Part shown: in pieces, positions 47,060 through 49,015 of the stretch
Layout: the number at the start of each line of letters is the position of its first letter
How positions within the stretch are numbered: position 1 is the stretch's first letter
From: Chromera velia
Lineage: Eukaryota
Reading direction: 5' to 3'
Assembly: GCA_018398765.1 (NCBI GenBank)
Contig: JAHBMJ010000384.1
Coordinates: 1 to 49,015, forward strand
Length of the DNA stretch: 49,015 bases
The notes under the pieces: generated by a model
What the model saw: the letters and a program-made list of their open reading frames with translations, nothing else
Told to the model about the DNA's origin: nothing
Database searches by the model: none
Position numbers and translations under genes: made by a program

Positions 47060-48783
47060 ATGTCACACAATCCGACACGGTCGAACGGGAAGAAGGAGGC
47101 ATTTGTTTTTAGAGCCGGGTATGCAAAAAAAATATGGTCTGTGCAAAAGGGGGCAAATGTGATTCAGTGTCAGATGAAAATACAAGGAGCCGAGGGGGAA
47201 GGAGAAACTATTTGTGGCTGTGAGTATGCAGCAGCAACAACCAGTTCTTTTCAAACCCACCTCATCAATCAACATGGCTTGACGATCTCGTTTGACAAAC
47301 ATGTGCAGCTGCTCCAAGAAAGACAGGAGAAGCGGTCGGAGGGACGAAGCAGCCTGACGTGCAAACGTTTTTCCCCACCAAAGATAAAGCAGAAGCCGTG
47401 GTCGCACCATATGTAGAGACGCATGAGAAGAGAATCAAGTGCAATATGCTGATCACTGACTTTCTGGCCAGTGCTGGCTGGCCTCATCTCACAGAAAACG
47501 AGGCATTGCAAAAGCTGGTCAAGGCACTGGACCCCCGCTACGATCTCCCGTCTGTGGGGAAAGTGTGAGTAGAGAATACACTTTGATACATGCACTGTGT
47601 GATTGACATGCACATGCACTGTGTGCAGCTCGCAAGAATTAGGTATCTATCAGGCGCAGCAGGTTCGCTTCAACCTGCCAGCGAAAAAGCCAGTTCTCGA
47701 TGTAGGTATGCGGTGGTCGGCAATTCATGCGATATTCTTCGATCAGCATGTCCACAAGTTGCCTCTCACATCTTTACACACAGATGTCGGACGGCCACAA
47801 CCCTACAGCCAGACAGACTGGATATTTATCAAACAGTTCATCAAGGTCAGTCAGGCTGAATCAGCCATACGCGTGCGCCCCTTTTCTTTCTGTATATATG
47901 GTCTATTGACTTCAGTTTTCCTTCTGCGCGTCCCTTTTCTTTTTTATTGAACGGTGAGCGTCTCTTTTGCTACACATTCCAGTCTATTCCTGCTTGTCAA
48001 TCTGTGATGCAGGTGCTTGAGCGGCTTGCTCAGGTGACGAACACTGTAGAGAAGGAAAAGGAGCCAACCGCAGGTCTCTACCTACGTTTTGTCAACGCCC
48101 TTCTGTCCAAGTGGACAGATGCGAGTGACCCATCGATGGCTTCAGTCTGTCAGAGGATGAAGGGGTACTTGACACAACTGTTCGAGCCCACGCGCAGTCG
48201 TGTGGTGTTGCAGCAAGCCCTTTATATTGTAGCCTTTCTGGATCCCCGTTCAAACCTTCTTGCATAATTTTTCCCCCCCGAACAGGCTGCGCGAGGTGAG
48301 AGAGAGGTGCGGAGTGTGTTTGAACAGTTTTATTTGCGAGGGTTGGTGGAAGCACAGGGAAGGGTTTTTAGAGACAAGAATGAGGTGGATGGGTCTGGAG
48401 GTCCCCAGGGTGAAACCCTTGACAATTTTTTTGGTGACGAGATGCATTCGCTGGTTGAACTCGGTCTGACAGACACCCAGTCAGCAGACGTCCAGGCAGG
48501 CACGGTCCAAGGAGCAATTTTGAAGCAGTTTGACGAGCAGATATCTGCTTATAAGCAGAGAGTGTCGGGGTTGCAGCCACTCTTGAGAGGTCAGCTTGCT
48601 CACAATCAGCTCGCGATCCAGCTCTGCCTGCCGGGGCAGTATTTGCAACAACAGGAGAGGGCAGAGGGAGGGGAGAGGGCGGAGGCAGTAGGGAGGTGGC
48701 AGTCGAGGCAGGTACTGAGGAAAAAGAGAAAGGTACTGCAACGGTGCTCTATGCAGAAGCGCAGCAGAATGGAGATCGGCTGA
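47060..48783 (+). pseudogene. hAT-family transposase pseudogene (internally deleted)
   Basis: BED-finger-like CQMK...CGCEYAAATTSSFQTHLINQHG; LVKALDPRYDLPS; PVLDVGMRWSA (hAT D..TRWNS motif); IVAFLDPR. Frameshift at ~47355 and in-frame TAA at 48265-48267. Catalytic core and C-terminal SERxFS motif not found. Confidence 0.85.
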
Positions 48784-49015
48784 ACCAGCCTATTCGCCAT
48801 TGTATGACGGACTCTCTGTACACTACAGTAGCCAAGTTCAACACCCAGGTGAAAGAAGGGGACGTCTTGCAGATAGTGTTCATGAAGAAGAAGAATGCCA
48901 TCAAGAGCAAAAAAGAGGAGGTCGACCACACGGAGGCGAAACCGAATGTTTCTTTGTTTGGGAAAGTGATGAAGCGAACAACGGTATGTCGTCTCCCCCC
49001 CCTCCCTCTCTCTCT

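Overview
Intron-rich eukaryotic genomic DNA. By inference it is a chromerid/apicomplexan-related alveolate such as Chromera: it has a RAP-domain gene, TGCATGCA motifs, CT/GT microsatellites in introns and GTCAGT/GTAAGY donors. Three genes can be modelled by hand: a ~1,900-aa disordered protein with a C-terminal TM helix (minus, 1701-7991), a 12-exon class II CPD photolyase divergent from it (plus, 8628-16437), and a ~1,088-aa helical-repeat RAP-domain protein (plus, 40457-45797). About 16.6-40 kb and 46-49 kb are mosaics of AT-rich decayed mobile DNA: a CACTA/EnSpm-like transposase relic, a TIR element carrying a chromodomain pseudogene and a nested MITE, a deleted hAT transposase and several minisatellites. 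Best leads: (1) strongly directional C>T/G>A hypermutation of repeated DNA in several dinucleotide contexts (RIP-like); (2) an AUG-less, bipartite plastid-targeting-like N-terminal extension on the photolyase; (3) the chromodomain-carrying TIR element. All alignments and gene models are manual; no database searches were run.
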